From Pontiella sp. (lineage in GTDB: Bacteria; Verrucomicrobiota; Kiritimatiellia; Kiritimatiellales; Pontiellaceae), in contig JBNKHE010000004.1 of NCBI GenBank assembly GCA_050290185.1, forward strand, positions 96,001-160,000: a stretch of 64,000 bases of DNA, in the 5' to 3' direction. Positions 1-10,995 of this stretch are shown here, piece by piece. The notes below the pieces were generated by a model. The model did no database searches. It had not been told where the DNA came from and was given only the letters and a program-made list of their open reading frames with translations. The position numbers and the translations under genes were made by a program. Within the stretch, counting starts at the first letter, position 1; the number at the start of each line of letters is the position of its first letter.

Positions 1-1215
<1,215 letters not shown>

Positions 1216-1235
1216 GGTGTGAGGCGTGACGATCG

Positions 1236-1272
1236 ATGCGCGATTCGCCTTATGCGGGTCGCGCATTTTTTT
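1236..1272 (+). terminator. Intrinsic terminator after icd
   Basis: Stem ATGCGCGATTCGC / GCGGGTCGCGCAT followed by a T run. Confidence 0.75.
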
Positions 1273-1389
1273 CATAGCCTATTCCCCCTTCCGCACCGGT
1301 TGCGGATATCCGCCCCTGCGGGCAGAGCGTGCTCTCCGCATGGCCTTGCGGGAATCCCGTCTTTCCATTTTCGAAATCAACCCATCAAG

Positions 1390-1410
1390 CGACAACAATC
1401 AACTGACAAC
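1390..1410. repeat. Three imperfect 7-bp tandem units (NNNCAAC)
   Basis: CGACAAC AATCAAC TGACAAC; same unit family as 14017-14098. Confidence 0.5.
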
Positions 1411-1454
1411 AGCACTTCCCAAACCGGGCATTCTGTGCTTTATTCCCCCGCATT

Positions 1455-2483
1455 ATGACGAATGAACTCCATTTAACAGAAGATCTCCGCGTAACCGGAC
1501 TTAAAAAGCTGATCACACCCACCAAGCTCAAGGCGGAATTGCCGTTGGGCAAGACGCTGACGGAAAAGGTCGTATCCGACCGCCAGACCGTACGCGATAT
1601 CATCCACCTTGACGATCCCCGCATGCTTGTTGTGATCGGCCCCTGCTCGATCCACGATCCGGAAGCGGCGCTCGATTATGCACGACGACTTGCCGCCTTG
1701 GCGGAGCAGGTCAAGGACCGCTATTTTCTGGTCATGCGCGTCTACTTTGAAAAACCGCGTACAACGATCGGCTGGAAGGGTTTCATTAACGATCCGCACC
1801 TCGACGACACATGCGACATGGAACACGGTCTGCATGCGGCCCGCAAACTGATGCTCGACATCATTAAGCTGGGCCTGCCGATCGCCACCGAATTTCTCGA
1901 CCCGATCGTGCCGCAGTATACGGCAGATATGGTGAGCTGGTCGGCGATCGGAGCGCGTACGACCGAATCGCAGACGCACCGCGAAATGGCCAGCGGGCTA
2001 TCCATGCCGGTGGGCTTCAAGAATGCCACCGATGGCAATATCCAGGTCGCCATCAACGCGATTGAATCGGCCAGTATCCCGCACAGTTTCCTCGGCATTG
2101 ATCAGGATGGACACACCGCGGTGGTCACCACTTCCGGAAATCCTAATACCCATCTGGTTCTGCGCGGTGGTGACAAACAACCCAACTTTGAAATTCCGGA
2201 AGTCACCTATGCCGCCTGCAAACTCGAAGCCGCCGGACTGGAACCATCGTTGATGGTCGACTGCTCGCACGCCAATGCCAGCAAGATCGCCCTCAATCAG
2301 GTCAAGGTATGGGATGACATCCAGAAACAACGCGCCAAGGGAAACTCACCCATCACCGGTGCCATGGTGGAAAGCTTTATCGAAGAAGGCAACCAGAAGA
2401 TTGCGGGCGACCTGAAGTATGGATTATCCATCACCGATCCCTGCATCAACTGGAAAACTACCGAGCAAATGCTGCTGAAGTAG
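1455..2483 (+). CDS. 3-deoxy-7-phosphoheptulonate (DAHP) synthase, class I (AroF/G/H type)
   Basis: GPCSIHD, MRVYFEKPRT, IGARTTESQTHREMASG, DCSHAN, SITDPC motifs. Confidence 0.96.
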   Translation: MTNELHLTEDLRVTGLKKLITPTKLKAELPLGKTLTEKVVSDRQTVRDIIHLDDPRMLVVIGPCSIHDPEAALDYARRLAALAEQVKDRYFLVMRVYFEKPRTTIGWKGFINDPHLDDTCDMEHGLHAARKLMLDIIKLGLPIATEFLDPIVPQYTADMVSWSAIGARTTESQTHREMASGLSMPVGFKNATDGNIQVAINAIESASIPHSFLGIDQDGHTAVVTTSGNPNTHLVLRGGDKQPNFEIPEVTYAACKLEAAGLEPSLMVDCSHANASKIALNQVKVWDDIQKQRAKGNSPITGAMVESFIEEGNQKIAGDLKYGLSITDPCINWKTTEQMLLK

Positions 2484-2503
2484 CCGTCGGCTACAGCAAT
2501 CCG

Positions 2504-4435
2504 TTAAGTATCGGAAGTCTTCTTTGACTTTTTGCTGCGGGAAGAAGGCGCCGTACTGCGCCGTTTGCTCTGTTGAGTACTACGTTGCGCACGGGGAGTC
2601 TTCTTTGGCTTCCTCACCTGAGCCGGCCGGCTTGAATTGTTCCGTTGCGGATCCGGCCGGTTGCTTCGGGTTTGCGGAGCGGCGGGCGTTGCGGCCGGAC
2701 GAGGTTCCCGGTTCCGGGTCTGTGGCTGCGGCTTGCTTCGGTTTGTTCTACTCCTACGCGGAGTTGCAGGGCTTGTAGCCGGCGGAGTACCGTTGTTCTG
2801 CCGGACAGCCGGACGATGGTTTCCATTGCTGGACCGGTCGGCAGGTGGCGTGCTTTGCTGCGGAGCCGGCCGGTTGCTTCGGGTTTGCGGGGCGGCGGGC
2901 GTTGCGGCCGGACGAGGTTCCCGGTTCCGGGTCTGTGGCTGCGGCTTGCTTCGGTTTGTTCTACTCCTACGCGGCGTCGCAGAGCTCGTAGCCGGCGGAG
3001 TACCGTTGTTCTGCCGGACAGCTGGGCGATGGTTGCCATTGCCGGGCCGGGCGGCGGGTGGCGTGCTTTGTTCCGGAGTCGAACCGGAGCGCCGGGTATT
3101 CGTGTTGGGCGGAACCGTTGTACGGTTGCCATTGGGCGTTGGCCTTGTTCTGGAGCGGCGAGGGTTCTGCACAGGTGCCGGATCTGCACTACGGGATGTT
3201 CTCGACCGGTTCACATTTGGCCCGGTGCCAGAGCTCGAAGCAGCTGCGCCCGTATGGCGGGTAGCGCGGGGTCGGGTCACAACAACGCTGGACCTGTCCC
3301 GATTGAATGTCTCGAATCTACCCGACCGTCTGACCGGGTTGCGCCCGTATCGGATCGACACCGGTGTGATTTCCCGATGCGATGCCGACGCAATATGCTG
3401 TGCAGGAATACCCCGGTTGATGATGGTATGCCGCCGTGCATCGATATCGACCCGATGATGTCCTTCGGTGCGATCGTAAATCCTCTTGATTTCGGATCTG
3501 GAAATCCGATGCCGGCGGATCTGGGGATCGCAGAAGTTCCGGTTTGAAACGAAGGTAAAGGCACCATAACCCAGATTAAAGTTAAATCCGGCGCTCACTA
3601 TAGTGCCACGGCATACGATTCCAACGCCGGGGCGGTAAACCGTATACGGCGGAAGCGGAGCCCAGCCGCAATAGCTACTGTTATAGCGCCAGCAGACCCA
3701 CGACGGGGCCCAGACGGTATCCGGCCACCAGCACCAGCCATAGCGCGCGTGACGGAACCAACGGCCATAATGGAAGGTTGCCCAGCCCCAGGAATAGTTG
3801 GACATCCAGTACCAACCACTATCGGTATAGACCCAGCGGCCGTTATCGCAATAGGGTTCCCAGCTGGAATTGTAAACCACTACAGTCGGGCGCCAGCAAC
3901 GGCCATACCCTTCAACGTAGACCCAGCTACCGTATGGCGATAGCGCGTCCTGGAATTCGTTTACCGTGACCTCGGGGGGCTCCTCTTCGGTTGCGTCGGC
4001 ATCGGCGGAGGTTTCGGGGACGTCGGTTTGAACGCCGATTCCTTCATCGATCAATACCTGGTCCCGGGCCATGGCGGCTTCAATGATTTCAGGGGGCGTT
4101 CCCAGATCGGTTAAGTAAATGATGTCATCCGCATCCAGCTCAAAGAAGCGGGGTGACTTCTTGATGTAGGCCAGAATAACGCCCTGGTCCACGCCCGCTT
4201 GCACCATGCGAACCAGTTGGGCAAAGGGACTGTCCGGACTGACACCTTCCGGCAACGTACTATCAAGCACTGTTTGCACTGCGGGCACATTGGTCTCGAT
4301 GGATGAAACGGAGTTTGTAGCTGCAGATTCCTCCGCTTCCTGTGCATTCGTAGTCATGACAGACGGGTCACTTACCAGAAAAGCACCTAACACTACGGAT
4401 ATTAGAACCATTCCGATCGAGGTTTTCATTTTCAT
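2504..4435 (-). CDS. Secreted DUF6600-like protein with Trp-rich domain and Pro/Arg-rich disordered C-tail
   Basis: N-terminal hydrophobic signal; LSPYGSW...WRP...GRWVYTDSGWYW...WGWATFHYGRW...WAPSWV; AAGGAGG RBS upstream. Confidence 0.8.
   Translation of the reverse strand: MKMKTSIGMVLISVVLGAFLVSDPSVMTTNAQEAEESAATNSVSSIETNVPAVQTVLDSTLPEGVSPDSPFAQLVRMVQAGVDQGVILAYIKKSPRFFELDADDIIYLTDLGTPPEIIEAAMARDQVLIDEGIGVQTDVPETSADADATEEEPPEVTVNEFQDALSPYGSWVYVEGYGRCWRPTVVVYNSSWEPYCDNGRWVYTDSGWYWMSNYSWGWATFHYGRWFRHARYGWCWWPDTVWAPSWVCWRYNSSYCGWAPLPPYTVYRPGVGIVCRGTIVSAGFNFNLGYGAFTFVSNRNFCDPQIRRHRISRSEIKRIYDRTEGHHRVDIDARRHTIINRGIPAQHIASASHREITPVSIRYGRNPVRRSGRFETFNRDRSSVVVTRPRATRHTGAAASSSGTGPNVNRSRTSRSADPAPVQNPRRSRTRPTPNGNRTTVPPNTNTRRSGSTPEQSTPPAARPGNGNHRPAVRQNNGTPPATSSATPRRSRTNRSKPQPQTRNREPRPAATPAAPQTRSNRPAPQQSTPPADRSSNGNHRPAVRQNNGTPPATSPATPRRSRTNRSKPQPQTRNREPRPAATPAAPQTRSNRPDPQRNNSSRPAQVRKPKKTPRAQRSTQQSKRRSTAPSSRSKKSKKTSDT
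2645..3070. repeat. Two-copy 213-bp (71-codon) intragenic tandem duplication
   Basis: CCGGCCGGTTGCTTCGGG starts at both 2653 and 2866; peptide QSTPPA...TRSNRP(A/D)PQ occurs twice. Confidence 0.95.
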
Positions 4436-4579
4436 CCCGCACCCTCCTTATTTGGGTTCAATAGCATAACGTTGCGGTATTTGACCTAGTGCCCCTAAAA
4501 ACATTCAAATGTTCATTTGAATTTTATGCAATCTGGGGTTTCATGTGGAAAACAGCAAGAAAAACCTCATTATATTCCC

Positions 4580-5185
4580 CTACAACGAAGCCAGCTCGCA
4601 AAGGGTTACGTGCCGCCACTCCGGTTTTTCCATCAGATGCTCGAGCAACGCGGCCGAAGCCACGGCATCGTACAGCGCATCGTGGGCCGCGCGATCCGGG
4701 CACAGCGCATCAATACGCGGCTTGAGATCAAGCATTGCAATCAAGTCCTCCAACGCGTAGGACGGACATCCCGGCCATACCCTGCGGGCAATGCGGAGTG
4801 TGTCGATCCAAATGCCGAACCGGTGCATCGGCGCCATCAAACGGATAAACTTTTTCTCCGTGGCCACATTGTGCGCACAAAGCGGGTGGGTCGTTAATCG
4901 GGTCATGATCCTCGGCCACAGTTCATGCGGTGCGGGGGCTGTTGCGATTTGCTCACGAAGCAAGGCATGCCGTCCCGGCGCATGCGGATTGAACGGACGG
5001 TTGGCATCCACCTTCAACAGCGACTCAAACATGGAGTCCGCAACCACCTTGCCGCCTTTCAACGAAACCAAGCCTATCTGCCATGGCTCGTTGTCAAATC
5101 CGCGCATCGATCCTGTGCTTTCATAATCCAGCACCGTGATCTCGGCATCCTCTATGGGCGTGTTCAAAGGCATCCTCCACATCAT
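4580..5185 (-). CDS. DEDDh 3'-5' exonuclease (DnaQ/epsilon-like)
   Basis: VLDYESTG (ExoI), AHN (ExoII), IDTL, AHDALYDA (ExoIII). Confidence 0.88.
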   Translation of the reverse strand: MMWRMPLNTPIEDAEITVLDYESTGSMRGFDNEPWQIGLVSLKGGKVVADSMFESLLKVDANRPFNPHAPGRHALLREQIATAPAPHELWPRIMTRLTTHPLCAHNVATEKKFIRLMAPMHRFGIWIDTLRIARRVWPGCPSYALEDLIAMLDLKPRIDALCPDRAAHDALYDAVASAALLEHLMEKPEWRHVTLCELASL

Positions 5186-5319
5186 TCAGATTCCCAAACT
5201 GAATTGCAAAGCAAAGTAGATGCAGTATCGTGTCGCGCTGATATTTTTCTATCCCCCAAAAGTCTTATCCGCTATTCATTTTAAACATGTTGTGTTTATC
5301 CATTGGGGGAACCATACGA

Positions 5320-6687
5320 ATGAAACCGATCTATCTTAGTCTTGCGCTCTTGCTAGTCGCCACCACCGCCCTCGCCGAAATGCGCACTTGGACCGCCCAA
5401 AACGGAAAAACCTTTATCGGCGAACTGGTCTCCGTGGATAAGGACAAGGCCAAGCTCAAAGACGAAGACGGGAAAACCGTATCCGTCCCCATCGCGGGGC
5501 TCTGCCAGGAGGATCAAGACTACATTGCATCACATGAACCCATCGATCTGGAAATTGAGCTGGACTCCACCACGACGACCAATACAGGAAACGGATGCTG
5601 TCCACGTATTAAGATCAAGAGCCTTGAATCCAAGCCTATAACCAGGCAGTTGGATCTGTACGTCATCGTGTTTGATGACCAGAACCGATGCATCGCATTG
5701 GTGCGGCAGGAAAACATCGAGATCCCTTCCAACCACAGCGAAGCGGAGTTTGTCCTGGATACGGTTACGTATCCCGAAAAGCGGGAAGATGACATACTGG
5801 CCATGGTTATCGACTCCGACCACAATCTTCTTGTGCACAAAACCAATTCCAAGAAACTTGACGATCCGCACCTTATGACGCAGCTGCTTAATCAATCCCT
5901 GTCTGCCTTTCAACTACAGGCATCGGAACTGGACCGGACAGCGACCGGCGCAATTAACGGACTAATCGTGCGAATGTACGATCTCAGCAGGAAGCGCAAT
6001 GGTATGCGTAGTGACGATGTGGATGCAGCAGAATTCATCACCCAACTCGAACAGTCTAATCCGTACGGATTCTACGCCTACCGCCTAAAGATGCGCTATT
6101 ATCCATCTCCCTACAAAACAACGACCACCGAACTCTGCATACCTGCGATGAGTCTCGTATCAGCCAGCCACTTTCTTGCTTTGCATAATGACGATTTATT
6201 GGATCACAAGACGAAACTCAAAAAAGAGAAAGGCAGGTACGCGTTCCATTTTCAAGGAAGAGTTGCGCCGACAAAGGACATCACGTTCAGGTTTGTTCCG
6301 AGAAGCGCATGCAAGCTCTATGTCTGGATGGATGGAAAATTCATCCTCTCCTCCATCGCGAATGAAAGGAAACATACCCCGTTCTCTTTGTTCCCTGCGG
6401 GAAACCCGGAAGATATTCCGGCAAGCGAATGGATGGAATGGAAAGCAGGAGAGGCGAAGGAGCTGGATGTGCTGATGATTCCTTCTGATAATAATTTCTT
6501 TGGAGGAGGCCTGTTCGTGCAATTCCCGGATATTGACTACCCCGTAGACACACACGGTTTTCCCATTCTACCGCTGTTCACAACCCGTGAACTTTCCGAG
6601 GACTTCCTGAGCAATTTCTATTCCGGCTTCATCCCCGGCATGAAACCACTGGAGCCGGTCATCTTCAACGTGGTTCCAAAAGAATAA
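5320..6687 (+). CDS. Secreted SHD1-domain protein with possible C-terminal PA14-like domain
   Basis: Signal peptide MKPIYLSLALLLVATTALA, then RTWT..NGKTF.GELV....VSVPI..L..EDQDYI (SHD1 pattern); start moved to ATG 5320. Confidence 0.7.
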   Translation: MKPIYLSLALLLVATTALAEMRTWTAQNGKTFIGELVSVDKDKAKLKDEDGKTVSVPIAGLCQEDQDYIASHEPIDLEIELDSTTTTNTGNGCCPRIKIKSLESKPITRQLDLYVIVFDDQNRCIALVRQENIEIPSNHSEAEFVLDTVTYPEKREDDILAMVIDSDHNLLVHKTNSKKLDDPHLMTQLLNQSLSAFQLQASELDRTATGAINGLIVRMYDLSRKRNGMRSDDVDAAEFITQLEQSNPYGFYAYRLKMRYYPSPYKTTTTELCIPAMSLVSASHFLALHNDDLLDHKTKLKKEKGRYAFHFQGRVAPTKDITFRFVPRSACKLYVWMDGKFILSSIANERKHTPFSLFPAGNPEDIPASEWMEWKAGEAKELDVLMIPSDNNFFGGGLFVQFPDIDYPVDTHGFPILPLFTTRELSEDFLSNFYSGFIPGMKPLEPVIFNVVPKE

Positions 6688-6748
6688 GGCACCCTGCCTC
6701 TCAGCAGGATGCTTGGTCACGGTCATGCGGCCGAAGCCGCAAAAAAAC

Positions 6749-8017
6749 CTATCCTTCGAGCGAAATGAGCATCGGCTCTTCGATCGCCTCAACGATCCAG
6801 CGCAGGAAACGCGCGCCGTCGGCGCCGTCGATAATGCGATGGTCGTAGGAGAGCGAGAGCGGCATCCGCAGGCGCGGCGCACACAGCTCGTTCTTGCCAA
6901 TGCACGGATCCATGATCGCCCGGCCAACACCAAGGATCGCCACTTCCGGAGAGTTGACTATTGGCGTGAAGAACGATCCACCGATACCACCGAGATTGGT
7001 GATCGTGAAGGTGCCGTTCTGCATGTCGGCCAAGGTAATGGCTCCCGCACGGGCCTTCTTGGCAATCTCGCCAAGGTCCACGGCAATATCGACCATGTTT
7101 TTCTGGTCGGCATCTGGAATGACTGGAACCATCAGGCCCTTCTCGGTATCAACCGCAATGCCGATGTTGTAGAAGTCCTTGTAGATGATCTCCGCCTTCT
7201 CCGGATCAATGCTGCAGTTAAAGTTCGGGAACACCTTAAGGGCAGACGCAACCACCTTAGCCAGAATGGCGGTAACGGTCAACTTTGCACCGGCAGCCTC
7301 GGCCTTCGGGGCAAAGCGTTTGCGAAGCTCTTCGAGCTTGGTGATATCGGCCATATCGTGCTGGGTAACGTGCGGAATGGTGGTCCAGCAATGGGTCATG
7401 TGGTTCATGGTCGCTTTGCGGATGGAACTCATTTTTTCCACGCGGGTTGCGCCCTGAACTCCACCTCCCTTGCGAGCTCCGCCACCGCCGGACATCGAGC
7501 TTTTGGCAAAGTTCTTAACATCTTCCAGACTGATGCGTCCTCCGGCTGCACCGGGTTCAACCTGATGGATATCAACACCAAGTTCGCGTGCCAGACGGCG
7601 TACGTTCGGCGCTGCCGAAACCGCCTTTTCCGCCGAAGCAGGTGCAGGAGCGGGCGCAGCCTTCGGGGCCGGCGCGGGTGCTGCCGCCTTCGGCGCAGGT
7701 GCAGGAGCCAGCTCTTCGGCCACCGGCGCTTCGGGTTCTGCAACCGGAGCAGGTTCTTCGGCCGGAGCCACGGTGCTTTCACCCGCCTCGATCGTGAACG
7801 CCAGTTGACCCACCTCGACTGTATCGCCTTGGGCCACGTGGACTTCCTTGATCGTTCCCGAGGCGGGAGACGGGATTTCCATGCTGGCTTTTCCGGCTTC
7901 GATTTCGAGCAGGGAGTCCCCTTCGCTCACGGTGTCGCCGACGGCAACAAGGATGTTTACGACATCGCCGGACTCAATATTTTCGCCCAACTCGGGCAGT
8001 TTAAATTCAAATGCCAT
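6749..8017 (-). CDS. aceF: Pyruvate dehydrogenase E2, dihydrolipoamide acetyltransferase
   Basis: Single lipoyl domain (IEAGKASMEIPSP), Ala/Pro linker, E3-binding domain (PNVRRLARELGVD), catalytic DHRIIDG. Confidence 0.93.
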   Translation of the reverse strand: MAFEFKLPELGENIESGDVVNILVAVGDTVSEGDSLLEIEAGKASMEIPSPASGTIKEVHVAQGDTVEVGQLAFTIEAGESTVAPAEEPAPVAEPEAPVAEELAPAPAPKAAAPAPAPKAAPAPAPASAEKAVSAAPNVRRLARELGVDIHQVEPGAAGGRISLEDVKNFAKSSMSGGGGARKGGGVQGATRVEKMSSIRKATMNHMTHCWTTIPHVTQHDMADITKLEELRKRFAPKAEAAGAKLTVTAILAKVVASALKVFPNFNCSIDPEKAEIIYKDFYNIGIAVDTEKGLMVPVIPDADQKNMVDIAVDLGEIAKKARAGAITLADMQNGTFTITNLGGIGGSFFTPIVNSPEVAILGVGRAIMDPCIGKNELCAPRLRMPLSLSYDHRIIDGADGARFLRWIVEAIEEPMLISLEG

Positions 8018-8021
8018 GATT

Positions 8022-10691
8022 CTATTCTCCTAGCGGATTAGGTTTGTTGGAATCAATGCCCAGATCCTTGCGGGCTTTTTCCAGTTTCTTCTTATCAAAT
8101 TCGCCCTTGGCGGCCAGCGATGAAAGCACCGACCAGGCAATGGCATTGAAGTCCACCTCGAAATGCTTGCGCAATGCGCGGCGTCCGTCACTGCGTCCGA
8201 AGCCGTCGGTCCCGAGAGAAACAAGTCCGTTCGGCACCCACTGCGCCAGCGAGACCGGCAGCAGCTTCATGTAGTCGGATACCGCAACCACTGGACCGGT
8301 TTCATTTTCAAGGCACTGTGTGATGTAGGGCTTCGCTTCGTTACCGTTGCGGTTGACTTCGCGTTCGCAATCGAGGCCATCGTTGATCAGGTTCTTGTAG
8401 CTGGTGACCGACCAGACGTTGGTTTCGACTCCATACTTTTCTTTCAGCAATTCGGATGCCTTGACCGCCTGCGGCAGGATGGCTCCGCTACCAAGAATCT
8501 GGGCTTGAGCCTTGTCGGATTCACGGAACTTGTACATGCCCTTAAGAATGCCCTCTTCACTGCCTTCCGGCATGGCAGGCTGCTCGTAGTTATCATTCAG
8601 GATGCTGATGTAGTAGAAAATCTGCTCATTATCGACATACATGCGCCGGATGCCGTCCTTGATGATCACCGCCAACTCGTAGGCATAGGCCGGATCATAG
8701 GCCACGATATTCGGAATCGTCAGCGCCAGCACATGCCCATGCCCATCCTGGTGCTGCAGGCCTTCGCCGGCAAGCGTCGTACGGCCGGCCGTAGCCCCCA
8801 TCAGGAAACCCTTGCAGCGCGAGTCACCCGCGAGCCAGGCGGAATCGCCGATACGCTGGAAGCCGAACATGGAATAGTAGGTGTAGAACGGAATCGTGTT
8901 GATGCCGTGGTTCGCATAGGCCGTGCCCGCCGCAACAAACGAGGAGAATGCGCCGGCTTCGGTGATGCCCTCTTCAAGGATCTGGCCATCCTTGGCTTCC
9001 TTGTAGTAGAGCAGGTTGTCGGCGTCGACCGGTTCATAGAGCTGGCCGGAGTGGGCGTAGATGCCCACTTGACGGAACAGTGCATCCATCCCGAAGGTAC
9101 GGGCTTCGTCCGGAACAATCGGAACAATCAGCTTCCCGATATTCTTATCCGAAAGCAGCTTGCTGAGAATGCGCACGAAGACCATCGTGGTGGAAACAGG
9201 GCGGTCAGAACCGGCGTCGAATTCCTGGAAGATCTTATCGGCGGGCATCTCCACCGGGGTGTAATCGGTCAGACGGGTCGGAACATGGCCGCCCAGTTCG
9301 GCTCTGCGCTCACGGAGGTAGGTCATTTCCGGACTGTCTTCCGAAGGCTTGTAGAACGGTACGCTGTCGATCTCTTCGTCGGAAATCGGCAACCCAAAGC
9401 GTGTGCGGAATTCGCGCAGGGCCTTTTCTTCCATCTTTTTCTGGGAGTGGGTAATGTTCTGCCCTTCCCCGGCGCGTCCAAGGCCATAGCCCTTGACCGT
9501 CTTGGCAAGAATCACCGTCGGCTGGCCTTTGGTTTCCAACGCCTTCGTATAGGCCGCGTGGACCTTGGCCGGATCGTGGCCGCCGCGACGCATGCGTTTG
9601 ATCTGGGTATCGGACAGATGTTCGGCCAACTTGGCCACCCGCGGATCGGCGTTGAAGAAATGTTCGCGGACATACTTGGCATCTTCCACGGTGTATTTCT
9701 GGTACTGGCCATCCACCACTTCGCCCATGCGCTTGACCAAGGCGCCCTCGTCGTCCTTCGCCAGCAGCGGATCCCAATCATCGCCCCAAATCACCTTGAT
9801 GACATTCCATCCGGCGCCGCGGAAAGCCGCCTCCAGTTCCTGGATAATCTTGCCATTGCCGCTGACCGGACCGTCGAGGCGCTGCAGGTTGCAGTTCACG
9901 ACAAAGGTCAGGTTATCGAGCTTTTCGCGGGCAGCGAGTTTGATCGCACCCAGTGATTCGGGCTCGTCGGTTTCGCCGTCGCCGAGGAAGGCCCACACAT
10001 GTTGCCCGGTAGGCTCACGGAAACCGCGGTCTTCGAGGTATTTGATGAAGCGGGCGTGGTAGATCGAAGTAATCGGACCCAGTCCCATGGATACGGTCGG
10101 GAACTGCCAGAAGTCGGGCATCAGCCATGGATGCGGATAAGACGACAGCCCGGGGGTATCATGCAGCTCGTGGCGGAAGTTGGTCAGATGCTCGTCGGTC
10201 AGGCGGCCTTCCAGATAGGCGCGTGCGTAGACGCCCGGTGAAGAATGCCCCTGAAAATAAACGAGGTCGCCCGGGAAACTATCCGTGCGGCCGCGGAAAA
10301 AGTGGTTGAAGCCCACTTCGTACAGAGTGGCAATGGATTGGTAACTTGAGATATGGCCGCCGATCCCGTCCTCTTCGCGGTTGGCACGTACCACCATGGC
10401 CATGGCGTTCCAGCGGATCAGGCTCTTGATGCGCCGTTCTATTTCGCGGTCGCCCGGATATTGCGGCTGATCCTCCAGGGGGATGGTGTTAATATAGGGA
10501 GTATTCGCAGAAAACGGCAAACGGACACCCTTGCGGTGCGCTGCCACCTGCAGGTCGTGCAGGATATCTTTTACACGCTCTGCGCCTTCGGTCTCCAGGA
10601 GCTCGTCAAGCGCATCCAGCCAGTCCTGTTTTTCAAAATCAATATTTTCCATAACGGCTTTATTCCTATCCATAGGTTTCTGTTTCTTCAA
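8022..10691 (-). CDS. aceE: Pyruvate dehydrogenase E1, homodimeric type
   Basis: GGHISS, SSYPHPWLMP, GDGETDEPES (TPP binding), GEGLQHQDG; exact start uncertain (10691/10673/10652). Confidence 0.96.
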   Translation of the reverse strand: MKKQKPMDRNKAVMENIDFEKQDWLDALDELLETEGAERVKDILHDLQVAAHRKGVRLPFSANTPYINTIPLEDQPQYPGDREIERRIKSLIRWNAMAMVVRANREEDGIGGHISSYQSIATLYEVGFNHFFRGRTDSFPGDLVYFQGHSSPGVYARAYLEGRLTDEHLTNFRHELHDTPGLSSYPHPWLMPDFWQFPTVSMGLGPITSIYHARFIKYLEDRGFREPTGQHVWAFLGDGETDEPESLGAIKLAAREKLDNLTFVVNCNLQRLDGPVSGNGKIIQELEAAFRGAGWNVIKVIWGDDWDPLLAKDDEGALVKRMGEVVDGQYQKYTVEDAKYVREHFFNADPRVAKLAEHLSDTQIKRMRRGGHDPAKVHAAYTKALETKGQPTVILAKTVKGYGLGRAGEGQNITHSQKKMEEKALREFRTRFGLPISDEEIDSVPFYKPSEDSPEMTYLRERRAELGGHVPTRLTDYTPVEMPADKIFQEFDAGSDRPVSTTMVFVRILSKLLSDKNIGKLIVPIVPDEARTFGMDALFRQVGIYAHSGQLYEPVDADNLLYYKEAKDGQILEEGITEAGAFSSFVAAGTAYANHGINTIPFYTYYSMFGFQRIGDSAWLAGDSRCKGFLMGATAGRTTLAGEGLQHQDGHGHVLALTIPNIVAYDPAYAYELAVIIKDGIRRMYVDNEQIFYYISILNDNYEQPAMPEGSEEGILKGMYKFRESDKAQAQILGSGAILPQAVKASELLKEKYGVETNVWSVTSYKNLINDGLDCEREVNRNGNEAKPYITQCLENETGPVVAVSDYMKLLPVSLAQWVPNGLVSLGTDGFGRSDGRRALRKHFEVDFNAIAWSVLSSLAAKGEFDKKKLEKARKDLGIDSNKPNPLGE

Positions 10692-10995
10692 CGGTGGCGG
10701 CAGACTAAATACGACCTAACCGGTACACAATAAAAAAAACGTCAAAAACATGCTTACAACTATCATGATTTGTACGTTTAGGCGGAATATCCGTAAATTC
10801 ACTCCTCTAATCCTTACTACTTCACGCCAATTGATAGTAAAAATACGATATTTTGACAGGCATGAAAACCTCGAAAACGCCGACTATGCCTAAATGTGCT
10901 GGATTTTCCCGATTCTAAAAATCGATGGAAATTGCGCATTTTAACCCCTTTGTGATTATGGTTTCATGTCGGCCCATTTAATCGGAGAACTTTTA

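Noticed and set aside
2645..3070. CRISPR-like array
   Set aside because: It is a two-copy in-frame coding duplication with no spacers, and there are no cas genes in the window.
6713..9956. Long plus-strand ORFs 6713-8041 (442 aa) and 8163-9956 (597 aa)
   Set aside because: Antisense shadows of aceF and aceE; no recognisable motifs, and expected from codon bias in GC-rich genes.
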